A stretch of DNA of 64,000 bases from an uncultured Candidatus Saccharibacteria bacterium. GTDB lineage: Bacteria > Patescibacteriota > UBA1384 > XYA2-FULL-43-10 > CAINNR01. Shown here one piece after another: positions 19,701 through 28,150 of this stretch. Under the pieces are notes generated by a model. The model was not told the origin of the DNA. It ran no database searches and saw only the letters and a list, made by a program, of their open reading frames with translations. Each line of letters starts with the position of its first letter. The stretch's first letter is position 1. Both the position numbers and the translations under genes were made by a program. Location: assembly GCA_964425445.1 (NCBI GenBank), contig CAYRLY010000001.1:5537-69536 (forward strand), given 5' to 3'.

Positions 19701-19832
19701 ATTTACCTCAAAAAGTATTATATCATATTAAAATTCTACTTTGAATCTATGACAGAACACTCTATTTAAAAAAATATCAGCTCTGGTAAACGAAAAAATC
19801 TATACCGACAGCATACATTTAGTTTTTTTCTA

Positions 19833-19862
19833 TTGACACAGCATAGATTTATGGTATATAAT
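19833..19862 (+). promoter_or_regulatory. strong sigma70-like promoter in the 620-bp intergenic region
   Basis: TTGACA, 18-nt spacer, then TATAAT. Confidence 0.55.
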
Positions 19863-19868
19863 AAGGTC

Positions 19869-19966
19869 AACATTAACAACTTAATATGACTTTGATCGCG
19901 GAGGGGCGATAAGTGTTTCTGTTAGTTGTGTCGTATTGTGCAGCTCCTCTTGCGAGGAGTTTTTTT
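19869..19966 (+). ncRNA. candidate small transcript / structured 5' leader ending in a GAGGAG-containing hairpin plus T7 run
   Basis: Promoter at 19833; ctcctc-ttgc-gaggag hairpin at 19944-19959 followed by TTTTTTT. The hairpin sequesters a Shine-Dalgarno sequence placed 8 nt before ATG 19968. Confidence 0.3.
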
Positions 19967-19967
19967 A

Positions 19968-20123
19968 ATGTTTCGAGCCGTTGGCGAGAAGCTTTTGGAA
20001 AGTTGTTCTAAGGTGATTAGATCCAAAAGTTTCTCGCCAAAAAATGCCAAAACAAAAACAGAAAGATCTGAAGAAAAATTGGCGAGGAACCTGGGGAAGG
20101 CAATCATAGAGTATGTCTCTTGA
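19968..20123 (+). CDS. possible 51-aa basic small protein (MFRAVGEKLLES...)
   Basis: ATG preceded by GAGGAG; contains an 18-bp near-perfect inverted repeat (19981-19998 and 20023-20040), which argues for an RNA structure instead. Confidence 0.2.
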   Translation: MFRAVGEKLLESCSKVIRSKSFSPKNAKTKTERSEEKLARNLGKAIIEYVS

Positions 20124-20279
20124 TTGACTTCTATAAGTCAATTAAGGGATGCTACGAAGCGATTTCCAAGTCGTTTTCGCGACACCCCTCAAAGGCGTAA
20201 GTGACGCGACAGGGCAATAATTAAAAAATTTTGTTCCCTATAAGTCCGCAAATCCTTGCGCCTTTTTTAATTGATAAAA

Positions 20280-20312
20280 GTTCGACAGAAAAAATGTTCA
20301 CCTGTTATAATA
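20280..20312 (+). promoter_or_regulatory. extended -10 promoter (TGTTATAAT) for pcrA, near-leaderless
   Basis: TGnTATAAT at 20304-20312, 10 nt before the ATG at 20323. Confidence 0.35.
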
Positions 20313-20322
20313 CAAAAGCTCA

Positions 20323-22218
20323 ATGAAAGATTTACTAAAAGATTTAAATAGTGCGCAGCAAGAAGCGGTCCGAACTACCGAAGGGCCGGTTTTAATTTTA
20401 GCTGGGGCAGGGAGCGGTAAAACTCGGGCATTGACTCACCGCTTGGCTTATCTAATTTCTGAGAAAAAAGTTTCCCCGACGAACATTTTGGCAGTTACTT
20501 TCACCAATAAAGCAGCGGGAGAAATGAAACAGCGGACAGAAGCGCTGCTAGCCGAAAGCCCTAAGTCGAAAGTCGAAAGTGCGAGGAGTATTCTTCCGTG
20601 GCTGGGAACCTTTCATTCAATTTGTGTAAAAATTCTGCGCCGAGAGGCAAAGCATATCGGTTACCCCTCAGGCTTTACGATTTATGATAGTCAGGATCAG
20701 CTTTCGGTTGTCAAGAAAATTATGCAAGATAAGGGGATCGACCCCAAACATTACAACCCAAATGCCGTTCTTCATTTCATTTCTGGGGCAAAAAACGAAT
20801 TTATCTCTCCTGAGGGTTACGAAAAGTATGTTAACTCGCCGTTCGAAGAAGTAGTCTCGACTGTCTATAAGGAATATCAAAAGTATCTTAAAACTGCTTT
20901 TGGTATGGATTTTGATGATCTTTTGGTTTTGTGTCTTAAACTTCTGACTGAGAACAACGAGATTTTGCAGAAATACCAGAATATTTTTAAATATATTCTG
21001 ATTGATGAATATCAGGACACAAATCACGTTCAATATCTTTGGGCGAAGTTGTTGTCAGAAAAGAGCAAGAATATTTGTGTTGTGGGTGATGATTCACAAT
21101 CAATTTACGGTTTTCGCGGGGCAAATTTTCGCAACATTCTCAATTTTGAGCGTGATTTTCCAGGGGCGAAAGTAATAAAACTAGAACAAAATTATCGCTC
21201 GACCGGTAATATTTTACGAGCAGCTGATGAACTCATCAAATATAATAAACAGAAGACTGAGAAGACTCTGTGGACCGAAAATCCAGTAGGATCTCCACTT
21301 CTTGTATACCAGGCGTTGAATGAAAAAGATGAAGCCGAATTTGTGGCGATGGAGACCAGGGGGCTGGCGGCAGTTTCGGGTAAATGGTCGGATTTTGCCG
21401 TCCTCTACCGTACCAACGCTCAATCGCGAGCAGTAGAGGAAGCTTTCATTCGCTTTGGCATTCCATACCGAGTAGTTGGTGGAATCCGTTTTTATGAGCG
21501 TAAAGAGATAAAAGATATCTTGGCTTATCTTAAATTAATTGCCAATCCTAATGATCGAGTATCTTTTGAGAGGATCGTAAACGTTCCAGCAAGAGGGATT
21601 GGATCAAAAACCCTGATAAAATATTTCTCTGGCCTATCCGGTCTAAACCCTGAAGTTCCGGAAAAGATTCAAAATTTTTTAGATATGGTACATCTTATCA
21701 GGGACAAGGCAAAAGAGCTTTCTGTGGCTGATCTGATAGATTTGATAGCAGAAAATAGCAGCTACAAGGAGTATATTTTGGATGGTACTCCGGAGGGCGA
21801 GGGGCGCTACGAAAACATCATGGAGTTAAAATCTGTTGCCGCATATAACGATGCCTTGAGCCTCGAAAAACCGCTAGAAAACTTTCTGGAAAAAGTCGCG
21901 CTGTATCAAGATGCCGATGATTATGATTCCAATTCAAACGTTGTTACTCTGATGACATTGCATGCTGCAAAAGGCTTGGAATTTAAAAATGTTTTTTTGG
22001 TTGGTGTCGAAGAGGGAATTTTACCACATTCTAGAAGTGTCGGAGATCAGAGTGAGGTAGAGGAAGAGAGACGACTTTGTTATGTAGGCCTCACCAGGGC
22101 GATGAAGAAGCTTTACATCTTATATGCCTCCGAGAGAATCTATTTCGGCAATCCGCAGATTAACCAGCCTTCGAGGTTTATTTGTGAAATACCCGACGAT
22201 GTCAAAAAAGAGTTATGA
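20323..22218 (+). CDS. pcrA: ATP-dependent DNA helicase PcrA/UvrD (compact, 631 aa)
   Basis: LNSAQQEAV...AGAGSGKTRALTHRLAYLI Walker A and UvrD motifs throughout. Confidence 0.88.
   Translation: MKDLLKDLNSAQQEAVRTTEGPVLILAGAGSGKTRALTHRLAYLISEKKVSPTNILAVTFTNKAAGEMKQRTEALLAESPKSKVESARSILPWLGTFHSICVKILRREAKHIGYPSGFTIYDSQDQLSVVKKIMQDKGIDPKHYNPNAVLHFISGAKNEFISPEGYEKYVNSPFEEVVSTVYKEYQKYLKTAFGMDFDDLLVLCLKLLTENNEILQKYQNIFKYILIDEYQDTNHVQYLWAKLLSEKSKNICVVGDDSQSIYGFRGANFRNILNFERDFPGAKVIKLEQNYRSTGNILRAADELIKYNKQKTEKTLWTENPVGSPLLVYQALNEKDEAEFVAMETRGLAAVSGKWSDFAVLYRTNAQSRAVEEAFIRFGIPYRVVGGIRFYERKEIKDILAYLKLIANPNDRVSFERIVNVPARGIGSKTLIKYFSGLSGLNPEVPEKIQNFLDMVHLIRDKAKELSVADLIDLIAENSSYKEYILDGTPEGEGRYENIMELKSVAAYNDALSLEKPLENFLEKVALYQDADDYDSNSNVVTLMTLHAAKGLEFKNVFLVGVEEGILPHSRSVGDQSEVEEERRLCYVGLTRAMKKLYILYASERIYFGNPQINQPSRFICEIPDDVKKEL
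20551..20588 (+). repeat. GTCGAAA heptamer tandem repeat, in frame in pcrA
   Basis: ctaagtcgaaagtcgaaagtgcgagg, translated PKSKVESARS. Confidence 0.55.
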
Positions 22219-22249
22219 TATAATGTTTGTTGCTGATTAAAATTTTCAA

Positions 22250-23227
22250 ATGAAAAATTTTTTTTACTCGCTGGTTTTGGTGTCAATTATTGTCCTCGGT
22301 GTCTCGACGACCAAAAATAGCTTTGCAGAAAGTGATTCTTTATCTTTGTCTCCGAACTATCCTTACAAAATTGTTGAAGTTCAACCAAGCGGGGAGACGG
22401 GCGACTTCTCCGGTGAGAGTTCAAATTTTGACCCAAGAAAAGTGGTCGCTGATTTAGGCCTAACTGTTTATCCGGAAGATCGGGTTTCGGCCTTTCCCGA
22501 TCCGAAGATTGGTATCGGTTCGGTTATCAATCTGGAACGAGCACCGGTTATAAAATTGCGCGATGGTAAGAAGGAATTAGAGCTGCGCAGCTGGGTTACA
22601 ACTGCTGGTGAGCTTTTGGCAGAAAAGGGAATCGAGCTTGGTCTTGATGATAAAACAAACTTTCGCTCTGATAGTAGAATCTATGACGGTATCGAATTAT
22701 CAATAATTCGAGTTGCTATTACGAAAGTGGTTGAAAGTGAGGCAATAAATTTTAAAACAATCAAAAAAGAGGATCCGAAGCTAGATAAGGGTAAAACTCG
22801 AGTTGAAACTGCCGGTGTAAAAGGGGAAAGAGAGCTAACATATCAGGTCACGAGAGAGGATGGAGTCGAAGTCTCTAGGGTACTCGTTGGTAATGAAGTG
22901 GTAAAGGAGCCGGTCAATCAAGTCGAGTATTACGGGACAAAGCCAGTGATCACGGTTCGATGTCGTTATAATGACACTGTTTTGGCTGCTTCGATAAAAT
23001 ACAAACAGGATCCGAACACAATTTGCAGTTTGATGATGAAAGAAAGCAATGGTAACCCGGGTAGCATCAATCCAAACGGTTATTATGGGCTTTTTCAGTA
23101 TGAGCTTGGCTTATGGACATCTGCCTCCTCAAAAGCTGGTTATAGCGGTGCCGATTGGAGCAACCCGACGGCGCAAATCTATACCACCTGTTATTTGTTC
23201 TCAATCGGTCAATCCTGGCGCTGGTAA
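22250..23227 (+). CDS. secreted DUF348 / G5 / transglycosylase-like domain protein (RpfB/YabE-like)
   Basis: Signal peptide; G5 domain (KTRVETAGVKGERELTYQVTREDGVEV); C-terminal ESNGNPGSINPNGYYGLFQY resuscitation-promoting-factor-like transglycosylase motif. Confidence 0.7.
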   Translation: MKNFFYSLVLVSIIVLGVSTTKNSFAESDSLSLSPNYPYKIVEVQPSGETGDFSGESSNFDPRKVVADLGLTVYPEDRVSAFPDPKIGIGSVINLERAPVIKLRDGKKELELRSWVTTAGELLAEKGIELGLDDKTNFRSDSRIYDGIELSIIRVAITKVVESEAINFKTIKKEDPKLDKGKTRVETAGVKGERELTYQVTREDGVEVSRVLVGNEVVKEPVNQVEYYGTKPVITVRCRYNDTVLAASIKYKQDPNTICSLMMKESNGNPGSINPNGYYGLFQYELGLWTSASSKAGYSGADWSNPTAQIYTTCYLFSIGQSWRW

Positions 23228-23275
23228 ATTAGATAAATCTTAATTGATTAATTAGCTGTCGATCGCGTATAAGCG

Positions 23276-23304
23276 TTGACAGTCTTTTTTTAATCGTCTA
23301 AAAT
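23276..23304 (+). promoter_or_regulatory. near-consensus sigma70 promoter
   Basis: TTGACA, 17-nt spacer, then TAAAAT. Confidence 0.6.
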
Positions 23305-23310
23305 ACTTAT

Positions 23311-23527
23311 TTGGTGACAAGCATCAGCTGGAGGTGAAGAGTTTTGAGAAGGCCACATTCAGGCGAGCAGAGGGACATCGAAGATGATATGCGGTTGGAG
23401 TCACTGGCCGCTAATGGCGGTGATCAGCTAGCCTTGCAGGTATTGCAGGCTGATCGTGTCCGAGCTCCCCAACAGGAAGCTCAATCGAGTCGAGACCGGG
23501 CCAAATAGGTGCCGGTCTTTTTTTAAT
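23311..23527 (+). ncRNA. GC-rich transcript of about 210 nt of unknown identity bounded by promoter and terminator. Alternatively it is the mRNA of a 54-aa ORF (TTG 23344 to TAG 23508, SD GGAGG).
   Basis: Promoter at 23276; gaccgg-(gccaaataggtg)-ccggtc hairpin followed by T7 at 23494-23524; GC-rich unlike the flanks. Confidence 0.4.
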
Positions 23528-23563
23528 TGATAAATAATTACTAAAAAGCTAAATTAGATACAT

Positions 23564-24406
23564 ATGAATAGACAAGAGCTGATAGATTATTTGCGCGCAA
23601 ACCAGATCTGGGCCAAAAGAACCATGGGTCAGAATTTTTTGGTTGATGAGCAAGCGCTGGCGCAAATAGTTGCTGCTGCTGATATTCAGTCTACAGATAC
23701 AATTGTTGAGATCGGCCCTGGCCTGGGGGTATTAACAGCGGAATTATCTAAACGTGCTGGTAAAGTGATCGCGATTGAAAAAGATGACAAATTTGCTGAT
23801 GTTTTAAAAACTCAATATTTAAATTCAAATGTCGAGATAGTTCATCAGGATGCATTGAACTTTGAACCTAACACTTATGGACTCATAGCCGAGAGCTATA
23901 AACTAGTTGCAAATATTCCATATAATATTACCTCTTTAATTATTCGAAAATTTTTGGAGGAAGAGGATAAGCCGGAGATGATGATTTTATTAGTCCAGAA
24001 GGAAGTCGCCGAAAGAATTATCGCGGAACCGGGTGATATGTCGCTTCTCGCTGTGTCTGTTCAATTCTATGCAGAGGTAAAGATTGTAGCAATTGTACCC
24101 AAGGAATCGTTTTTTCCTATTCCGAAGGTCGATTCGGCGATTATTAAGCTGAAAGTCAAAAGCCAAAAGCACAAAGTACAAAGCAGGGAATTTTTTCGAA
24201 TCGTGAAGTTTGGTTTTGCCGCCAAGAGGAAAACTCTGGAAAATAATTTATCTGCTGGCATGCATATTAAAAAGGATGATGCCCGTGATATAATTAAAAA
24301 AGCTGGTTTTGCTCCGAATATCAGAGCTGAAGGCTTAAGTGTTTTAGATTGGTTAAAATTATTTGAAACTTTGAAGGAGGGGAAAAGTGGACAAAAGAAA
24401 GTATGA
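23564..24406 (+). CDS. rsmA: 16S rRNA (adenine1518-N6/adenine1519-N6)-dimethyltransferase
   Basis: MGQNFLVDEQAL...IVEIGPGLGVLT KsgA signature. Confidence 0.9.
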   Translation: MNRQELIDYLRANQIWAKRTMGQNFLVDEQALAQIVAAADIQSTDTIVEIGPGLGVLTAELSKRAGKVIAIEKDDKFADVLKTQYLNSNVEIVHQDALNFEPNTYGLIAESYKLVANIPYNITSLIIRKFLEEEDKPEMMILLVQKEVAERIIAEPGDMSLLAVSVQFYAEVKIVAIVPKESFFPIPKVDSAIIKLKVKSQKHKVQSREFFRIVKFGFAAKRKTLENNLSAGMHIKKDDARDIIKKAGFAPNIRAEGLSVLDWLKLFETLKEGKSGQKKV

Positions 24407-25829
24407 AAGCTTCGATGAGAAAATTAGCATCGAAGACCGGCCCGATAAAAAGACGGAAACAACAATAATTGAAAGAGTTGTTGAAACTCCGGCCAAAGTC
24501 TTGGACGAAACGATTGAAATAACCAAAACGGTTGAAAAAGCCATAACCGACAATACTTCGACTAAAAAAGCCAAAGAATATTGGGAGATACTTGGACCGG
24601 GTTTGACCACCGGTGCTTCCGATAATGACCCTTCGGGAGTCGCTACTTATTCTCAAACCGGCGCTGTTTACGGATACAAGTTTCTTTGGCTGTCTCCTCT
24701 GGCTTTTCCTTTGATGGCTACCATTTCGGAGATGTGTGCCAGAATCGGTTTGGTTACCGGCCGCGGTTTGGCGGCGAATATAAGACAATTCTTTCCTCGT
24801 TGGATATTAATTTTGTGCACGATTCTTTTATTTGTTGCTAACACTTTTAATATTGGAGCCGATCTTGGAGCGATGTCGGAGGCGGTTAGGCTTTTCCGTC
24901 CGGAATGGAACTATTTTAATTTGATAATCATTTTTGCGTTGGCAATAATGCTTTTGCAAATCTTTACCAGCTATAAAAAATATGCCAGCTATTTGAAGTG
25001 GATGTCTTTAGTGCTTCTAACCTATATTTTTTCCACTCTGATGATTGACGGTCTCCCGTGGAGATTGATCGGAATTTCGGCAATCACGCCGTCTTTTGGT
25101 TTTAGTCGTGATGAAATTTTTATTGTCACCGGTGTCTTGGGGACAACAATTTCACCGTATTTGTTTTTTTGGCAGACCTCTCAAGAAGTTGAAGCTGATA
25201 TTGAGCGTGGCTATGAAACTGTCGTCATGCGCCAAGAGGCGGTTAACAATAAGCAAATAAACGATATGAGGGTTGATGTTTGGTCGGGAATGTTTCTGGC
25301 TCACTTGGTGATGTTTTTTATTATCACCGCCTGTGGAGCAACTCTAAATACCATCGGAATCACTAATATCTCTTCGGCCGCGGAAGCCGCCAGCGCCCTT
25401 CGGCCGTTTGCCGGTGATTATTCCTATTTTTTATTTGCTCTCGGAATTATCGGGACGGGAGCCTTGGCGATACCGGTTTTGGCTGGCGCTTCGTCTTATG
25501 CTCTTGCCGAAACTTTCGGTTGGAAACAGGGGCTTCGCTATAAACTTCGCCAGGCTTATTCTTTTTACGGGATAGTGATAATTTCCATGGTGATCGGAGT
25601 ATTGATTAACGTGATCGGCCTCGACCCGATAAAGGCTTTAATCTATTCGGCGGTTTTAAACGGTTTGGTTGCGCCGATAATTTTAATTCTAATTCTGATT
25701 TTAGCTTCAAACGGGAGATTAATGGGTAAATACAAAAATGGCATTTGGTCAAAAATCATCGGTTTGGCGACCGTTGTTCTTATGATACTAGCCGGAGCGG
25801 CCACCGTTTGGCTATTAATTTTTGGGTAA
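24387..25829 (+). CDS. mntH: NRAMP-family divalent metal (Mn2+/Fe2+) transporter with an N-terminal extension of about 60 aa
   Basis: GPGLTTGASDNDPSGVATYSQ Nramp signature; about 11 TM helices. Confidence 0.85.
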   Translation: MDKRKYESFDEKISIEDRPDKKTETTIIERVVETPAKVLDETIEITKTVEKAITDNTSTKKAKEYWEILGPGLTTGASDNDPSGVATYSQTGAVYGYKFLWLSPLAFPLMATISEMCARIGLVTGRGLAANIRQFFPRWILILCTILLFVANTFNIGADLGAMSEAVRLFRPEWNYFNLIIIFALAIMLLQIFTSYKKYASYLKWMSLVLLTYIFSTLMIDGLPWRLIGISAITPSFGFSRDEIFIVTGVLGTTISPYLFFWQTSQEVEADIERGYETVVMRQEAVNNKQINDMRVDVWSGMFLAHLVMFFIITACGATLNTIGITNISSAAEAASALRPFAGDYSYFLFALGIIGTGALAIPVLAGASSYALAETFGWKQGLRYKLRQAYSFYGIVIISMVIGVLINVIGLDPIKALIYSAVLNGLVAPIILILILILASNGRLMGKYKNGIWSKIIGLATVVLMILAGAATVWLLIFG

Positions 25830-25834
25830 AAAAA

Positions 25835-25851
25835 CCGAGCCTAGGGCTCGG
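25835..25851. terminator. bidirectional terminator hairpin between mntH and the convergent GC-rich gene
   Basis: ccgagcc-tag-ggctcgg with an A-run before and a T-rich tract after. Confidence 0.55.
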
Positions 25852-26167
25852 GTGGGTGCGTTTTCGACTCCTTGCAGAGCTCGATGTAATGCCTCGCAGC
25901 ATCAGTCCGGTGGTAGTGGGCTGCCTCACCGCTTAGGTGGGCGATCACTCGGTTGTTCTGAATGATCTTCGGCAGTTCGCCGTCTCTCACGGTTAGGTCG
26001 ATCGTCGTTCCTTGTAGATCGGGAAACTCAAGCATCCTGGTTTCGATCACCCTGAACTCGATGATCAGGGCGAGCATGTTGTCTTGGTCTGCTTCTGCGA
26101 GAAAGACAATCCGCCCCATATCTTCTCGCTCTGGGCTGTAGACAGCGGTCCGGGCTGCAATCTGCAT
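25841..26167 (-). CDS. GC-rich small hypothetical protein (108 aa; alternative upstream start at 26200)
   Basis: ORF with AAGGAGGTG 7 nt before ATG 26167; composition differs sharply from the flanking mntH and rsmI. Confidence 0.45.
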   Translation of the reverse strand: MQIAARTAVYSPEREDMGRIVFLAEADQDNMLALIIEFRVIETRMLEFPDLQGTTIDLTVRDGELPKIIQNNRVIAHLSGEAAHYHRTDAARHYIELCKESKTHPPEP

Positions 26168-26232
26168 CCTGACCACCTCCTTATAGGCCGAGAATAGCAT
26201 AATGAGTAGATTTTTGCTACAATTTCTTCACA

Positions 26233-26907
26233 ATGAGTAATGGTAAAATATATTTTATTGCCACTCCGATAGGTAACCTCGGTGACATATCAGAGAGAAC
26301 CAGAGAAGTTCTTTTATCTGTGGATTTGGTTGTTTGTGAAGACACTCGTGTTAGTGGCCGTCTTTTAAAACATTTGAAATTAAAAAAGTCGTTACTTTCT
26401 CTGCACCAACACTCTGATGACGGAAAGATAAACCATATAATTCATGAAACAGAAATTGGAAAAAACATTGCATATCTATCAGATTCCGGTACTCCGGGAA
26501 TCTCTGATCCTGGGCAGAAATTAGCCCGTGTTGCTCGTGATCTCGGGGTAGAAATAATTCCAATACCCGGACCGTCAGCGCTAGCAGCGGCAATATCGGT
26601 ATCTGGCATGATCGAGAAAGAGTTCTATTTTGCCGGTTTTTTGCCAAAAAAGAAGGGGCGGGAAACGAAGTTCAAGGAGTTGGCAATGCTTAATATTCCG
26701 ATAATAATATATGAAGCTGCACCAAGAATCGAGAAAACATTGACGGGAATTTTGCGGTTTTTTGGTCCGAATATGGAGGTTTTTCTTGCTCGGGAGATAA
26801 GTAAAAAATTTGAAGAGTATTGGGGTGGTGAAATTGAAGTTGTAATTAATAGTTTAAGTACCCACATAATTAAGGGGGAATTCACCCTAATTATTAGTAA
26901 AAAATAA
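26233..26907 (+). CDS. rsmI: 16S rRNA (cytidine1402-2'-O)-methyltransferase
   Basis: KIYFIATPIGNLGDISERTREVL...VCEDTR tetrapyrrole-methylase-fold RsmI signature. Confidence 0.85.
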   Translation: MSNGKIYFIATPIGNLGDISERTREVLLSVDLVVCEDTRVSGRLLKHLKLKKSLLSLHQHSDDGKINHIIHETEIGKNIAYLSDSGTPGISDPGQKLARVARDLGVEIIPIPGPSALAAAISVSGMIEKEFYFAGFLPKKKGRETKFKELAMLNIPIIIYEAAPRIEKTLTGILRFFGPNMEVFLAREISKKFEEYWGGEIEVVINSLSTHIIKGEFTLIISKK

Positions 26908-27014
26908 TATTTTTTGAAATTACCCTTTACCCATCGGCGCCTCAGGCGCTTGTTTTTGTGTTGAAAATGGGGTTTAGTTAAATTAGTTCCCACTCTGTTT
27001 CGGAGGCGATCACC

Positions 27015-27626
27015 GTGAGAATCAGCTGCGCTTTGTGGGTTTTAGCTATTGCGGCGGTTTCCTCCGCTGCTGATAGTCAAGTGGAGTTTCGGGGTGAGTA
27101 CTTCTTCAATCGTGATAGTTTCGACTTCTTTGAGCTCACTAATGAGCATTGGCCGGCGACGATCGAAATGCGGTTTTGCTCGCCTGATTCCGGGGGGAAG
27201 AACCGGCTTGGTCTCGCCTTTTCTTTGGGGTCAACACCAAAGATACATGAGAAACTGCGATTGGGATTGGCTTTTGACATCGACCCCAGAACGGTTGACC
27301 CGCTAAACCCTCATCGGGTGGATCGGGACAACCGATTCTACATCTATGGGAGATCAGAGTTTGATTGGGCTACCTTTCATCTCCTCTACCCGTTAGCCCA
27401 GAACTCCAAAGGACATGATTGGCATTGGCGGGTCGAGATTGATGACCTTCGGTACCCGATTCTGTCATCCGGTGACTTTGTTTCCAGTGCTATTGCTGAT
27501 GCCAGCTACAGCCCGGATCCTGATCTTGGGCTCGATTACAACTGCGGTTTGCGTTTCCAATACAAAGAGTATTGGATTGATGCAACTACCGAATGTTTCT
27601 CGGTTGGTGCCACGATTATCAGGTAA
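27015..27626 (+). CDS. GC-rich secreted hypothetical protein (GTG start, signal peptide)
   Basis: GGAGG 8 nt before the GTG; N-terminal MRISCALWVLAIAAVSSAA leader; aromatic-rich beta-like body. Confidence 0.4.
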   Translation: MRISCALWVLAIAAVSSAADSQVEFRGEYFFNRDSFDFFELTNEHWPATIEMRFCSPDSGGKNRLGLAFSLGSTPKIHEKLRLGLAFDIDPRTVDPLNPHRVDRDNRFYIYGRSEFDWATFHLLYPLAQNSKGHDWHWRVEIDDLRYPILSSGDFVSSAIADASYSPDPDLGLDYNCGLRFQYKEYWIDATTECFSVGATIIR

Positions 27627-27649
27627 TTCTCACCGCGCCCGCACCATGC

Positions 27650-27679
27650 AGGCGCTTTTTTTCATGAAAAAAAGCGCCT
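27650..27679. terminator. perfect palindromic bidirectional terminator
   Basis: aggcgc-TTTTTTT-catg-AAAAAAA-gcgcct. Confidence 0.7.
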
Positions 27680-27716
27680 TGATACTGCTCCAAGGCGCAC
27701 GGCTTAGGGGTGATGT

Positions 27717-28028
27717 TCAGATAGGATACTCGAAGTGTATGAGGTTGGTTCTCCCTCCCTCACAATCTTCTCGACATATCCTCATGCCGATTCCCAAAAT
27801 CGGCTTTTCATACTCGGCGATGCGGGATGCCACCAGCCTCAATCTCGCTTCCTGAAAGCTGGGGTTGATTTTGATCTCCTCCCCGAGCCATCCGGGATCG
27901 CCGACGTCAATAAGGATCTGGATTCTTTCTATGTCTCTTGTCGACGTTGCCTCCAGTTCATAGAACAGTAGCTCGATTTTCCCAAATATGACTTGGCGAC
28001 GAGTGATCTGCTTAAGCACGAACATCAC
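27717..28028 (-). CDS. GC-rich small hypothetical protein (103 aa), convergent with the previous gene
   Basis: ORF track; GC-rich codon usage; no recognisable motif. Confidence 0.35.
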   Translation of the reverse strand: MMFVLKQITRRQVIFGKIELLFYELEATSTRDIERIQILIDVGDPGWLGEEIKINPSFQEARLRLVASRIAEYEKPILGIGMRICREDCEGGRTNLIHFEYPI

Positions 28029-28150
28029 CTCCAGATAGAAGCATACCGATTAGCCTTTTAAATATGACATATATTAATTAATACGTCAATAATTGTTAGA
28101 GCGCCTTTCTTTTGCTATTCTAGAATAAAGACAGGTTTTAAATATTTTTT

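Noticed and set aside
19926-20123. 65-aa TTG-start ORF (MCRIVQLLLRGV...) from the ORF track
   Set aside because: It begins inside the SD-sequestering hairpin/terminator. Only the ATG 19968 version, preceded by GAGGAG, is plausible, and even that is low confidence.
23311-23527. Assignment of the GC-rich transcript to SRP RNA or 6S RNA
   Set aside because: Only a weak AGGAAGC resemblance to the SRP helix-8 motif. There is no convincing closing helix and no 6S-like bubble by eye. It is left as unknown pending an Rfam scan.
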